Part shown: piece by piece, positions 8,689 to 17,327 of the stretch
Position numbering within the stretch: position 1 is the stretch's first letter
How the letters are laid out: each line of letters opens with the position of its first letter
Assembly: GCA_963705725.1 (NCBI GenBank)
Contig: CAVPKM010000005.1
Coordinates: forward strand, 1 to 47,320
Reading direction: 5' to 3'
Source of the DNA: an uncultured Gammaproteobacteria bacterium
GTDB taxonomy: Bacteria > Pseudomonadota > Gammaproteobacteria > UBA6002
DNA length: 47,320 nucleotides
Position numbers and translations under genes: made by a program
Notes under the pieces: model-generated
The model's input: the letters and a program-made list of their open reading frames with translations, nothing else
What the model was told of the DNA's origin: nothing
Database searches by the model: none

Positions 8689-9792
8689 TCAATATATTCG
8701 CGATAGTTTTTCGCGAATATCAAGTAATGAAAAACCGATTAAAGGGTAGTCGATATTTTGCGTCAGCGCCATCACTTTAAATAATTCGCCCATCTCATTG
8801 GGAGAGGTAAGCACTTTTATTTGATTCGCTAACTGAAAATAATTCTCTTCTTGTTTTTGGAGTTCTTCGGCAATTCCGCAAGAAATTAAAAACCCTGCTT
8901 GGTTTGTGAAATTTGCTACCGCAAAGTTAGCTGCGATTGCCGCTTCTGCTACTGCGGTAAAATCTATATGAGAAGTAATATCCTGTTCACCCAGGTGAAT
9001 CAAGGGATTGCTGTGCGCTTGGTGCCGATAATGACACATTAACGTGCCTTGATTCCGTTCGCTATGATAATACTCATGTCTTGGAAAACCATAATCGATA
9101 ATGAGACATAACCCTTTTCGCAACACCTTACTCACAGCCTTTACCCAATCAAAAAGTAACAGGTTACATTCACTTTCATACCCTTCTTGATAAGGCAAAT
9201 TCAATTTTTTTATATATTGCTCAACTGCTTGCCCAGGTTTTAATAGGACATAGCGGCATTGATCATCCAGCACATCCACAAATAACTCAAATAACTGGTT
9301 ATCTTGAAATTTAAAACGATGAATCGGGAAGGCATCTAAGACTTCATTGGCAATCACCACTCCGTCCAGCACTAAACCCTCGAGCGTTGCCAACCATTCA
9401 ACTAAATGAATTAAATGCGGCACTTGATGCTGCAGTGTTTCTCTTTGTTTAGTTTGTAAGCTTCGACTGACTTCCATAATATAATATTTTTTTGGTAACG
9501 CCCTGTCGATTTCGAGCTTCTTTAGTATTTGTGCGGCCATCACCCCCGTACCTGCACCAAACTCTAAGATAGCTTCACCGGAATTTTCCAGAACCTGATG
9601 GCATTGTCTTGCAATACAATTGGAATACAATATTGAAAATTCAGGCGCGGTGGTGAAATCACCAAATTGTCCAAATTTTGGACGATCTCCAGAATAATAT
9701 CCTAGCCCTGGCGCATAGAGCACTTGCTCCATAAAATGCGCAAAAGAAATGGGACCATTTGCAAGAATTTCTTGTTTGATGTGAGTTAACAT
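8689..9792 (-). CDS. SAM-dependent methyltransferase, MidA/NDUFAF7 family
   Basis: GDFTTAPE, EFGAGTG, ANEVLDAFP, IDYG, GEQDITSHIDF and MGELFKV. Confidence 0.92.
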   Translation of the reverse strand: MLTHIKQEILANGPISFAHFMEQVLYAPGLGYYSGDRPKFGQFGDFTTAPEFSILYSNCIARQCHQVLENSGEAILEFGAGTGVMAAQILKKLEIDRALPKKYYIMEVSRSLQTKQRETLQHQVPHLIHLVEWLATLEGLVLDGVVIANEVLDAFPIHRFKFQDNQLFELFVDVLDDQCRYVLLKPGQAVEQYIKKLNLPYQEGYESECNLLLFDWVKAVSKVLRKGLCLIIDYGFPRHEYYHSERNQGTLMCHYRHQAHSNPLIHLGEQDITSHIDFTAVAEAAIAANFAVANFTNQAGFLISCGIAEELQKQEENYFQLANQIKVLTSPNEMGELFKVMALTQNIDYPLIGFSLLDIREKLSRIY

Positions 9793-9812
9793 ACGGAGAG
9801 TATAGGTGGCTT

Positions 9813-10553
9813 ATGAGTGAAAATAAAGTTGCATTGGTGACAGGCGCTGCGAAACGTATTGGTGCGGCAATAGCAACAGCCCTGCACCAACAAGGAATGA
9901 ATGTTGTGATTCATTATCACCATTCGAAACAAGAAGCAGAAGCCCTGTGTTTAAAGCTAAATCGACTACGTCAACATTCCGCCATTAGCCTGGGTCTTGA
10001 TATTAGAAAAACCAGCGCATGCCAAACATTAATTCAACACTCAACAGAAGCTTGGCAGCGATTGGATTTATTGGTCAATAATGCCTCTAGCTTTTACCCT
10101 ACCCCCATTATGAAAACCCAAGAAAAGGAATGGGAAGATCTGCTCGGCAGCAATCTAAAAGGACCTTTTTTTCTTAGTCAAGCAGCTGCGCCTTTTCTCA
10201 AACTATCACAAGGAAATATTATTAATATCACTGATATTCATGCTGATCGACCTCTTAAAAATTACACGATATATTCAATTGCCAAGGCGGGATTAGTCAT
10301 GCTGACTAAGTCATTGGCAAGAGAACTTGGGCCTAGGGTAAGGGTGAATGCGGTTGCCCCTGGCGCAATATTATGGCCAAACGAGGAAAATGCGCTTAAC
10401 GAGAAAATTCAACAGTATGTTGTAGCTAGAACTTGCTTAAAACGGCAAGGTTTCCCGCAAGATATTGCAGCGGCAGTGCTTTTTTTAAATGGTCAAAATT
10501 ATATTACTGGTCAAATTATCACAGTGGATGGAGGAAGAAGCATCAAGGATTAG
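9813..10553 (+). CDS. folM: Pteridine/dihydromonapterin reductase (SDR)
   Basis: TGAAKRIG, NNASSFYPT, YSIAK and RVNAVAPG; pterin-gene context. Confidence 0.88.
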   Translation: MSENKVALVTGAAKRIGAAIATALHQQGMNVVIHYHHSKQEAEALCLKLNRLRQHSAISLGLDIRKTSACQTLIQHSTEAWQRLDLLVNNASSFYPTPIMKTQEKEWEDLLGSNLKGPFFLSQAAAPFLKLSQGNIINITDIHADRPLKNYTIYSIAKAGLVMLTKSLARELGPRVRVNAVAPGAILWPNEENALNEKIQQYVVARTCLKRQGFPQDIAAAVLFLNGQNYITGQIITVDGGRSIKD

Positions 10554-10914
10554 ACAACTTATTCTGGACTCTGGTAATTGAAATGCCGACAGTTTCCACA
10601 TCATCAAGTGCTTTTGGCTTATAAAGAGCGCACTTTACTTTGACCACATTAAATCTGACTAGGATCTGCCTGGCAATATTGTCAACCAATGATTCTAATA
10701 AATAAAATTGACTATTTGCCACATAGTTTTTAATAAAATCTGCAACAAGGTCATAATCCACAGCATCATGGATGGAATCGGTTTTTGCAGCATGACTGAT
10801 ATCAAAATATAATTTGATATCAAGACTCAGGGGCTGTTTAATTTTACGCTCATGATCATAAACTCCAATCACCGCTTCAAGCGCTAAGCCTTTAATGAAA
10901 ACATGGTCTGACAT
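10543..10914 (-). CDS. folB: Dihydroneopterin aldolase
   Basis: IGVYDHER, DAVDY, FYLLESL and YKPKA (catalytic Glu/Tyr/Lys retained). Confidence 0.93.
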   Translation of the reverse strand: MSDHVFIKGLALEAVIGVYDHERKIKQPLSLDIKLYFDISHAAKTDSIHDAVDYDLVADFIKNYVANSQFYLLESLVDNIARQILVRFNVVKVKCALYKPKALDDVETVGISITRVQNKLSNP

Positions 10915-10940
10915 GAATCTCTCCCTTTTGATCTTATTTT

Positions 10941-11714
10941 TTATGCCCGAATACCGATTCCTTTTTTGAGCAGATATAGCGCAAGGATAATTAAAATGAT
11001 TATCGTTGCCAAAATGATGCTTAATGAAATGCCGATATTGACGTCACACACGCCTAATACTCCATACCTGAAGGTGCTGACCATATAAAGAATGGGATTG
11101 GCATAAGAAATAAAGCACCAAGGTTTGGGCAACATGTGAATGGAGTAAAATACCCCTCCTAAGTAGGTCAGTGGGGTTAAGACAAAGGTTGGAATGATGG
11201 CAATATCATCAAATTTTTTAGCAAAAATGGCATTAATAAACCCCGTGACAGAAAACAAAAGCGCCGCAAGAAAGGCAACTAAGAGCATCACCGAAAGATA
11301 ATGAATAGTAAATTTAGCAAAAAAAGCTGAAATCAAGGTCACAACAAGACCGACTACTAAACCTCTAAACACGCCACCTGCGACAAATCCAGCTAATATG
11401 AGCGCATTAGACATCGGCGAGACTAACAACTCTTCAATACTTCGCTGAAATTTTGTAATAAAAAATGAAAAAGTCACATCCGCATAAGAATTGGTGATAA
11501 TTGAAATCATAATTAAACCCGGGGCGATATACTGCGAATAGGGAAAACCCTCTAGCGTTCCAATTCTACTGCCCATCAAATGACCAAATATCACAAAATA
11601 CAACGTCATGGTAATTGCAGAAGGCAAGATAGTTTGTGTCCAAACGCGAAAAACTCGGGATATTTGTTTTAGTAAAAGGGCTTGTAGTGCTATCAACCCA
11701 CCTTTAAAATTCAC
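10941..11714 (-). CDS. yadH: ABC-2 transporter permease
   Basis: RVWTQTILPSAITMTLYFVIFG, KFQRSIEELLVSP and PLTYLGGVFYS. Confidence 0.9.
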   Translation of the reverse strand: MNFKGGLIALQALLLKQISRVFRVWTQTILPSAITMTLYFVIFGHLMGSRIGTLEGFPYSQYIAPGLIMISIITNSYADVTFSFFITKFQRSIEELLVSPMSNALILAGFVAGGVFRGLVVGLVVTLISAFFAKFTIHYLSVMLLVAFLAALLFSVTGFINAIFAKKFDDIAIIPTFVLTPLTYLGGVFYSIHMLPKPWCFISYANPILYMVSTFRYGVLGVCDVNIGISLSIILATIIILIILALYLLKKGIGIRA

Positions 11715-12624
11715 GTTCTTCCCCTACGATGGATAAAAACATTTCTTCAAGTCGATTTGCTTTATTTTCCATGCTTTGCACCAAAATATTTTCTCGTGAT
11801 AGCACCTCAAATAATCCATTTAAGCCCTGGCCAGCCTTAATATCTACTTCAAGTGTGCAATTATCCACCAATCGCAATAGGTAATTGGGAACATGGGGCA
11901 ATACTCCAATAGGATTTTTAAGAAATAAAATGAAAGTTTCGACGCGAAGTTTTGCTAAGAGGAGGGAGATACTGGTATTTTCTATAATCTTACCTTGGTT
12001 AATAATGGCAATATTTTTACAAAGATGCTCTGCCTCTTCAAGATAATGCGTAGTAAGAATAATTGTGATTCCATTTTTATTTATTTCTTTCAAAAAGCGC
12101 CACATTGATCGACGGATTTCGAGATCCACCCCCGCTGTGGGCTCATCCAAAATTAATAATTTTGGCTCATGCATCAACGCTCGAGCAATCATTAATCGTC
12201 GCTTCATGCCGCCCGATAAAAACCCTGCTTGCTGATCTCTTTTTTTCCACAAATCCAGCTGCGTGAGATATTTTTTAGCTCGTTGCTTCGCGATAGTTCG
12301 TGAAATTCCATAGTATCCAGCTTGATTGACGACAATCTCTTCCACTGTTTCAAAAATAGAGAAATTAAACTCTTGCGGCACGAGACCAATATAAGATTTA
12401 GCACCTGCCAAATCTTTATCAATGTCTTTGTCAAATACCATGACTTTTCCAGAGTCTTTCGTGACTAAATGTGTCACAACTCCAATCAATGTGGTTTTTC
12501 CTGCCCCATTTGGACCAAGCAGGGCAAAAAAATCACCAGAAGCCACGCTAAGATCAATGCCAGTTAATGCCAGTTGGCCATTTTTATAGGTTTTTTTTAA
12601 ACCCGTAATTGTTAGTGCTTGCAA
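11704..12624 (-). CDS. yadG: ABC transporter ATP-binding protein
   Basis: GPNGAGKT, LSGGMKRR, LILDEPTAGVD and NRLEEMF. Confidence 0.92.
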   Translation of the reverse strand: MQALTITGLKKTYKNGQLALTGIDLSVASGDFFALLGPNGAGKTTLIGVVTHLVTKDSGKVMVFDKDIDKDLAGAKSYIGLVPQEFNFSIFETVEEIVVNQAGYYGISRTIAKQRAKKYLTQLDLWKKRDQQAGFLSGGMKRRLMIARALMHEPKLLILDEPTAGVDLEIRRSMWRFLKEINKNGITIILTTHYLEEAEHLCKNIAIINQGKIIENTSISLLLAKLRVETFILFLKNPIGVLPHVPNYLLRLVDNCTLEVDIKAGQGLNGLFEVLSRENILVQSMENKANRLEEMFLSIVGEEREF

Positions 12625-12629
12625 GGAAA

Positions 12630-13079
12630 TTAAGTGTCTCCCGTCTGTTTCTCACGAATTTCATCAAAAGTTTTACAATCAATACATAATTCAGCAGTAG
12701 GCCTGGCTTCAAGACGCCGAATACCAATTTCAGCGCCACAACTTTCACAAAAGCCATAATCGCCACGATCGATACGCTCTAAACTATATTCAATTTTCCG
12801 AATGAGTTTACCTTCTCGATTACGATTGCGTAGTTCCAAAGTAAACTCTTCTTCCAACGCTGCGCGATCGATAGGGTCAGAATAAATCGCTGCTTCTTCA
12901 CGCATATGATGAACAGTGTGATCTACTTCTTCCATGAGTTGCTGCTTCAAAAGCCGTAAAATATTGCGAAAGTGATCTAGCTGAGTGTCATTCATATATT
13001 GCTCCCCTTTTTTTATTTTATAAGGAGTGAACCCTATTGGACCCAGCGTGCTGGATTTTTTTTGCGTTGTCGTTGCCAT
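12630..13079 (-). CDS. dksA: RNA polymerase-binding transcription factor DksA
   Basis: YMNDTQLDHFR, DPIDRA..EEE and C4 zinc finger (CESC...CIDC); ATG at 13079 with GGAGG RBS. Confidence 0.96.
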   Translation of the reverse strand: MATTTQKKSSTLGPIGFTPYKIKKGEQYMNDTQLDHFRNILRLLKQQLMEEVDHTVHHMREEAAIYSDPIDRAALEEEFTLELRNRNREGKLIRKIEYSLERIDRGDYGFCESCGAEIGIRRLEARPTAELCIDCKTFDEIREKQTGDT

Positions 13080-13109
13080 TATTTCCTCCACCTCGGCAGC
13101 ACATAATTT

Positions 13110-13201
13110 GTAACTTTCAATACAGGATTGAAACGTCCCTATTCGAATTTGGCTCAAATCTGAACGTTTTTGCCACTTTAACTAACGTGCCAAATAGTTA
13201 C
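13110..13201. repeat. Degenerate MITE-like element, family B (GTAACT...ACAGGATTGAAACGTCC ... GTGCCAAATAGTTAC)
   Basis: Both ends align to the reverse complement of 30772-30832. Confidence 0.55.
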
Positions 13202-13221
13202 TAATTTTTAAGTATAGCGGA

Positions 13222-14082
13222 TTATTTTATTTTATGTATAGAGGGCATCGTAATTTCACCTTTGAATACGCTTTCAGCTGGACCGGTGAGATAAATCGGT
13301 TGATCGGGCGAAGTCCATGTCACGGATAAACACCCACCCGGCAAGATCACTTCTACTGTAGATGATAGCTGATTGTGCATTTTACCCACTGCCACTGCAG
13401 CACATGCACCACTGCCACAAGCCTCTGTTTCGCCATCAACACCTCGCTCATAGACACGGAGTTTAATTTGATCATGGCGAATAATTTCCATAAAGCCAAC
13501 ATTCACCTGTTTTGGAAAAGCTGGATGTATTTGAAGTAATTTTCCAATTCGTGAAACAGGCGCCTGAGATATATCTGGCACGCAAATTACGGCATGAGGA
13601 TTTCCCATGGAAACAACATTAAGCGTTAACTTCTCTCCCCCTGGTAATGTTATTTCATTATCCGATCCTGCACTCTCTCGGATAAAGGGGATCTCTTCAA
13701 ATACAAAATTTGGCTTGCCCATATTTACTGTAATCAAATTATCATGCTCATTCAATGCCTCAAGACGTCCCGCAAGGGTATCTAAAATAATTTTCTTTTT
13801 TGTGAGGTGTTTTTCTGTGAACAGGTAACGCGCAACACATCTTGCACCATTACCGCATTGCTCTACCTCTTGCCCATTTGCATTGAATATTCGATAGCGA
13901 TAATCCACCCCTTCGTGCCTTGATGGCTCGATTAATAATAATTGGTCAAATCCAATTCCCCTTCGACGATTAGATAACTGTTTGATTATCGATAAAGAAA
14001 GATCAATGGGTTCCTGGGTTGCATCAATCACAATAAAATCATTGCCTAACCCATGCATTTTGGTAAACGTTATTTTTTTCAT
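13222..14082 (-). CDS. dapF: Diaminopimelate epimerase
   Basis: FTKMHGLGNDF, EQCGNGARC, SMGNPH and ERG..ETEACGSG. Confidence 0.97.
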   Translation of the reverse strand: MKKITFTKMHGLGNDFIVIDATQEPIDLSLSIIKQLSNRRRGIGFDQLLLIEPSRHEGVDYRYRIFNANGQEVEQCGNGARCVARYLFTEKHLTKKKIILDTLAGRLEALNEHDNLITVNMGKPNFVFEEIPFIRESAGSDNEITLPGGEKLTLNVVSMGNPHAVICVPDISQAPVSRIGKLLQIHPAFPKQVNVGFMEIIRHDQIKLRVYERGVDGETEACGSGACAAVAVGKMHNQLSSTVEVILPGGCLSVTWTSPDQPIYLTGPAESVFKGEITMPSIHKIK

Positions 14083-14084
14083 TC

Positions 14085-15335
14085 TTACCCTTCTGGCAAC
14101 AAGCTTTCATGCATAAAAAGCTCTTCAATCTGCTCTCTTCTTCGAACCAAGTAGGCTTGATCTTTATCTACGAGGATTTCAGCAGCTCTTGGCCTGGAGT
14201 TGTAATTTGAACTCATCGTAAAACCATAGGCTCCAGCTGTACGAATCACCAGCAAATCTTCGTCTTGAAGCGTTAATAATCGACTTTTCCCTAAAAAATC
14301 CGATGTTTCACAAACCGGCCCCACAATATCAAACTCCATCGGGACGCCTTCATGAGGTACAACGGGTAATATTTCTTGATAGGCATTGTAAAGTGAAGGA
14401 CGCAGTAGGTCATTCATTGCGGCATCTACGATAGCGAAGTTCTTGTGACGCGTCATTTTTAAATACTGAACACGTGTAAGCAAAATTCCTGCATTTGCCA
14501 CAATTGCGCGACCTGGCTCCATAATAATTTCAAGGACATCGCCACGAAGTTGGCTTAAAATCGCATCGATATATTCTTGAGGAGAAGGTGGGGTTTCTTC
14601 ACCATAACGCACCCCTAACCCACCGCCAATATCCAGATGACGAATATTAAATCCTTTATCTTTAAGCAGGCTCACCAGCTGATAAACCTTTTCAAAGGCT
14701 TCCATAAAAGGACGAAGCTCTGTCAATTGGGAGCCGATATGATAGCCAACTCCCCTTATCTCTATATGGGGCAAGGTTTTAGCAAGTGCGTAAAACGCTA
14801 AAGCCTCATCAATATCCACTCCAAATTTATTCTCTTTCAATCCTGTTGAAATATAAGGATGGGTATTGGCATTGATATCTGGATTGACACGCAAGGAAAT
14901 AGGCGCCTTTTTATTCATGCTGCCTGCTATTTCATTCAAAGTTAGCAGCTCTGGTGTAGATTCAATATTAAAACAGGCAATCCCCAAGGTTAATGCCCGC
15001 TCTATTTCACCTCTTAATTTGCCTACCCCAGAAAAAATAATTTTGTTGGCAGCGCCACCTGCTTTTATAACACGCTCCAGTTCTCCTTGTGACACGATAT
15101 CGAAGCCTGCACCAAGCCTAGCCAGTAGATTTAAAATCGCAAGATTAGAATTAGCTTTTACCGCATAGCAAATGCGATGAGGGTGGGAATTAAAAGCGCG
15201 ATCAAAAACCTGGTAATGCCTCTCTAGCGTCGCTCGAGAATACACATAGGTGGGAGTACCCCATTCCTTTGCAATTTCAGTGAGGGGTTTATCTTCTGCA
15301 AATAATTGCTTATTTTGATAATTAAAATAATCCAT
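14085..15335 (-). CDS. lysA: Diaminopimelate decarboxylase
   Basis: YAVKAN (PLP lysine), HIGSQ, DIGGG, EPGR, GPVCE and YNSRPR. Confidence 0.97.
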   Translation of the reverse strand: MDYFNYQNKQLFAEDKPLTEIAKEWGTPTYVYSRATLERHYQVFDRAFNSHPHRICYAVKANSNLAILNLLARLGAGFDIVSQGELERVIKAGGAANKIIFSGVGKLRGEIERALTLGIACFNIESTPELLTLNEIAGSMNKKAPISLRVNPDINANTHPYISTGLKENKFGVDIDEALAFYALAKTLPHIEIRGVGYHIGSQLTELRPFMEAFEKVYQLVSLLKDKGFNIRHLDIGGGLGVRYGEETPPSPQEYIDAILSQLRGDVLEIIMEPGRAIVANAGILLTRVQYLKMTRHKNFAIVDAAMNDLLRPSLYNAYQEILPVVPHEGVPMEFDIVGPVCETSDFLGKSRLLTLQDEDLLVIRTAGAYGFTMSSNYNSRPRAAEILVDKDQAYLVRRREQIEELFMHESLLPEG

Positions 15336-15347
15336 AATTATTACTGC

Positions 15348-15443
15348 TTAATTTGTCTGACTACAAGGTGGTGGCAAACACAAATTTCCGGTTTGGCCAC
15401 ATCCAACGATAAGAAGGAGGAGGGTTATCATCATTAATTTCAC
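15348..15443 (-). CDS. lptM: Small lipoprotein LptM/YifL (31 aa: MKLMMITLLLLIVGCGQTGNLCLPPPCSQTN); not in the ORF track
   Basis: GTG start after AAGGGG, lipobox IVGC, CGQxGxLxLP motif, canonical position upstream of lysA-dapF. Confidence 0.85.
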   Translation of the reverse strand: MKLMMITLLLLIVGCGQTGNLCLPPPCSQTN

Positions 15444-15533
15444 ATCTATACCCCTTCGTGAACTGAGTTTATACTTTCGCGTTAAAATTGTTAATGCTAG
15501 CATTTAGTGTTACATCAAGTATAGGGAGCCAAC

Positions 15534-16196
15534 ATGCACGATTTAAATTTTATCGAAGTCAGCACAAATAATTCACCGAATTCCTGCGTGATATGGCTGC
15601 ATGGTTTAGGCGCTGACGGGCATGATTTTGAAAGTCTTGTTTCGCAATTACAATTACCAGAAAAAATGGGCGTGCGCTTTATTTTTCCGCATGCCCCTAT
15701 TCAGCCAGTGACTATTAATGCTGGCTACCCGATGCGCGCTTGGTTTGATATTTTAGGTCTTGACGCAAGCGCCAAACAAGATGAGTCAGGCATTCGCAAA
15801 TCACAAAAATCTGTTGAATATATTATCGATACCGTCATTAAAAGCGGCATTTCAAGCGACAGAATTATTTTAGGTGGGTTTTCTCAAGGAGGAGCGCTTG
15901 CCCTGCATATTGCCTTGCGCTTAACTACCAAACTGGCAGGAGTGATCGGCCTCTCGACTTATTTGCCTCTCGCTGATTTGCTCAATGTTGAACGCCATGC
16001 TATCAATGCAATGACTCCAATTTTTTTAGCGCATGGCCGTTTGGATTCAATCGTCCCGTTTAATTTTGGCAAAACTTCCTGTGCACTTCTCACAAAATTA
16101 GGCTATGGCGTGACGTGGCATGAATATGACCTCGCACATTCAGTCAATGCTGAAGAGGTGCGAGATATCAGCCGCTGGATTCAATCGATTTTATAG
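15534..16196 (+). CDS. Phospholipase/carboxylesterase (Abhydrolase_2)
   Basis: WLHGLGADG, GFSQGG, AHGRLD and LAHSV triad. Confidence 0.93.
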   Translation: MHDLNFIEVSTNNSPNSCVIWLHGLGADGHDFESLVSQLQLPEKMGVRFIFPHAPIQPVTINAGYPMRAWFDILGLDASAKQDESGIRKSQKSVEYIIDTVIKSGISSDRIILGGFSQGGALALHIALRLTTKLAGVIGLSTYLPLADLLNVERHAINAMTPIFLAHGRLDSIVPFNFGKTSCALLTKLGYGVTWHEYDLAHSVNAEEVRDISRWIQSIL

Positions 16197-17199
16197 TAAC
16201 CTCGCCCCTGGAAGGAAACGCGATTAGGTTCCTTTTCATAAATTGTTGAAAGGATGAAAATTCGGGATATTTATTTAGCACCTGCATTACATATTCTAAA
16301 ACTCTCGGAATATCACTCAAATACCGATCTTTTTTGTCGCGGTGGTAAAGTCTTGAAAAAATGCCCAAAACTTTTAAATGTCTTTGTAAACCCATCCAAT
16401 CAAACCATTGCAAAAAAAGTGATTTTGAAGGAAGCCGCAACATGGATTCACTTTTTAGCATTTCATAAAAAACCGCTAACCAATCATGAACTTTTGCAAC
16501 CGGCCAGCTTATATAGCAATCACGAAGCAATGAGACCAAGTCATAAGTCAACGGTCCTTTGACTGCATCCTGGAAATCCAAAATGCCCAGTTGATTTCTA
16601 TTAATTACCATTAAGTTTCGTGAGTGGAAATCGCGGTGAACACAGATTTGCGGCTGTCCCAGGGCAGAAGCGATTAATAACGAATCGACTTCACTCAATA
16701 ACATCAGTTCTGAATCTGTTAACTGCAGGCCCAGCATTTTTTGTAAATACCATTCTTGAAAGCAAAGAAATTCCAAGTGCAGTAATCGTTCATCATAGGC
16801 TGGCAATTGCCAATTCTTAAAATCCTGACAAGATTGTAATTTAAGCAAGTTTTTCATTGCCCTTCGGTAATATTCATCCGCATTCGCTTCAGTCAGGCAA
16901 TTAAGCAATAGGCTGTCCCCTAAATCACTTAATAATAAAAAACCCTTTTCTTTATCGCTGAATAAAATTTTTGGCACAGCTAACCCATGCGCTGAAAATG
17001 CGCTTGCAACCGCAATAAAAGCCAAATTATTTTCTAAATGTGGGGGCGAATCGACAGCAATATAAGAACTTGCTCGACTTTGTATTCTAAAATATTTTCT
17101 AAAACTCGCATCACCTGGGATGGGCAATAGATTATCTACTATCATCTTGCTCTTAACCCATTGTATTAATAAAGCTTTTCTTTCATCTGTATTTTGCAT
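16168..17199 (-). CDS. amgK: Anomeric MurNAc/GlcNAc kinase (APH-like phosphotransferase)
   Basis: GDASFRKYFR, HRDFHSRNLM, LDFQDA..GP..YDLVSLLRD and QRHLKVLGIF.RL; divergent from lptD. Confidence 0.88.
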   Translation of the reverse strand: MQNTDERKALLIQWVKSKMIVDNLLPIPGDASFRKYFRIQSRASSYIAVDSPPHLENNLAFIAVASAFSAHGLAVPKILFSDKEKGFLLLSDLGDSLLLNCLTEANADEYYRRAMKNLLKLQSCQDFKNWQLPAYDERLLHLEFLCFQEWYLQKMLGLQLTDSELMLLSEVDSLLIASALGQPQICVHRDFHSRNLMVINRNQLGILDFQDAVKGPLTYDLVSLLRDCYISWPVAKVHDWLAVFYEMLKSESMLRLPSKSLFLQWFDWMGLQRHLKVLGIFSRLYHRDKKDRYLSDIPRVLEYVMQVLNKYPEFSSFQQFMKRNLIAFPSRGEVTIKSIESSG

Positions 17200-17259
17200 A
17201 GTGGTTACCGAAATTTGATTGTATACTCTTTGAAAATCGATTTTAGGCTATGCGCGAGC

Positions 17260-17290
17260 GCGACTTCTAGCATTTGTGCGGAATAGTTAC
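17260..17290. repeat. One end of MITE-like family B
   Basis: GCGACTTCTAGCATTTGTGCGGAATAGTTAC is 29/31 identical to the reverse complement of 30772-30802. Confidence 0.7.
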
Positions 17291-17327
17291 CTTACCTTAT
17301 ATCTTACAAAATAATAAAGAGCGACAA

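Noticed and set aside
17274-17327. ORF-track N-terminus of lptD
   Set aside because: Starts inside a family B repeat; TTG 17328 gives a proper signal peptide
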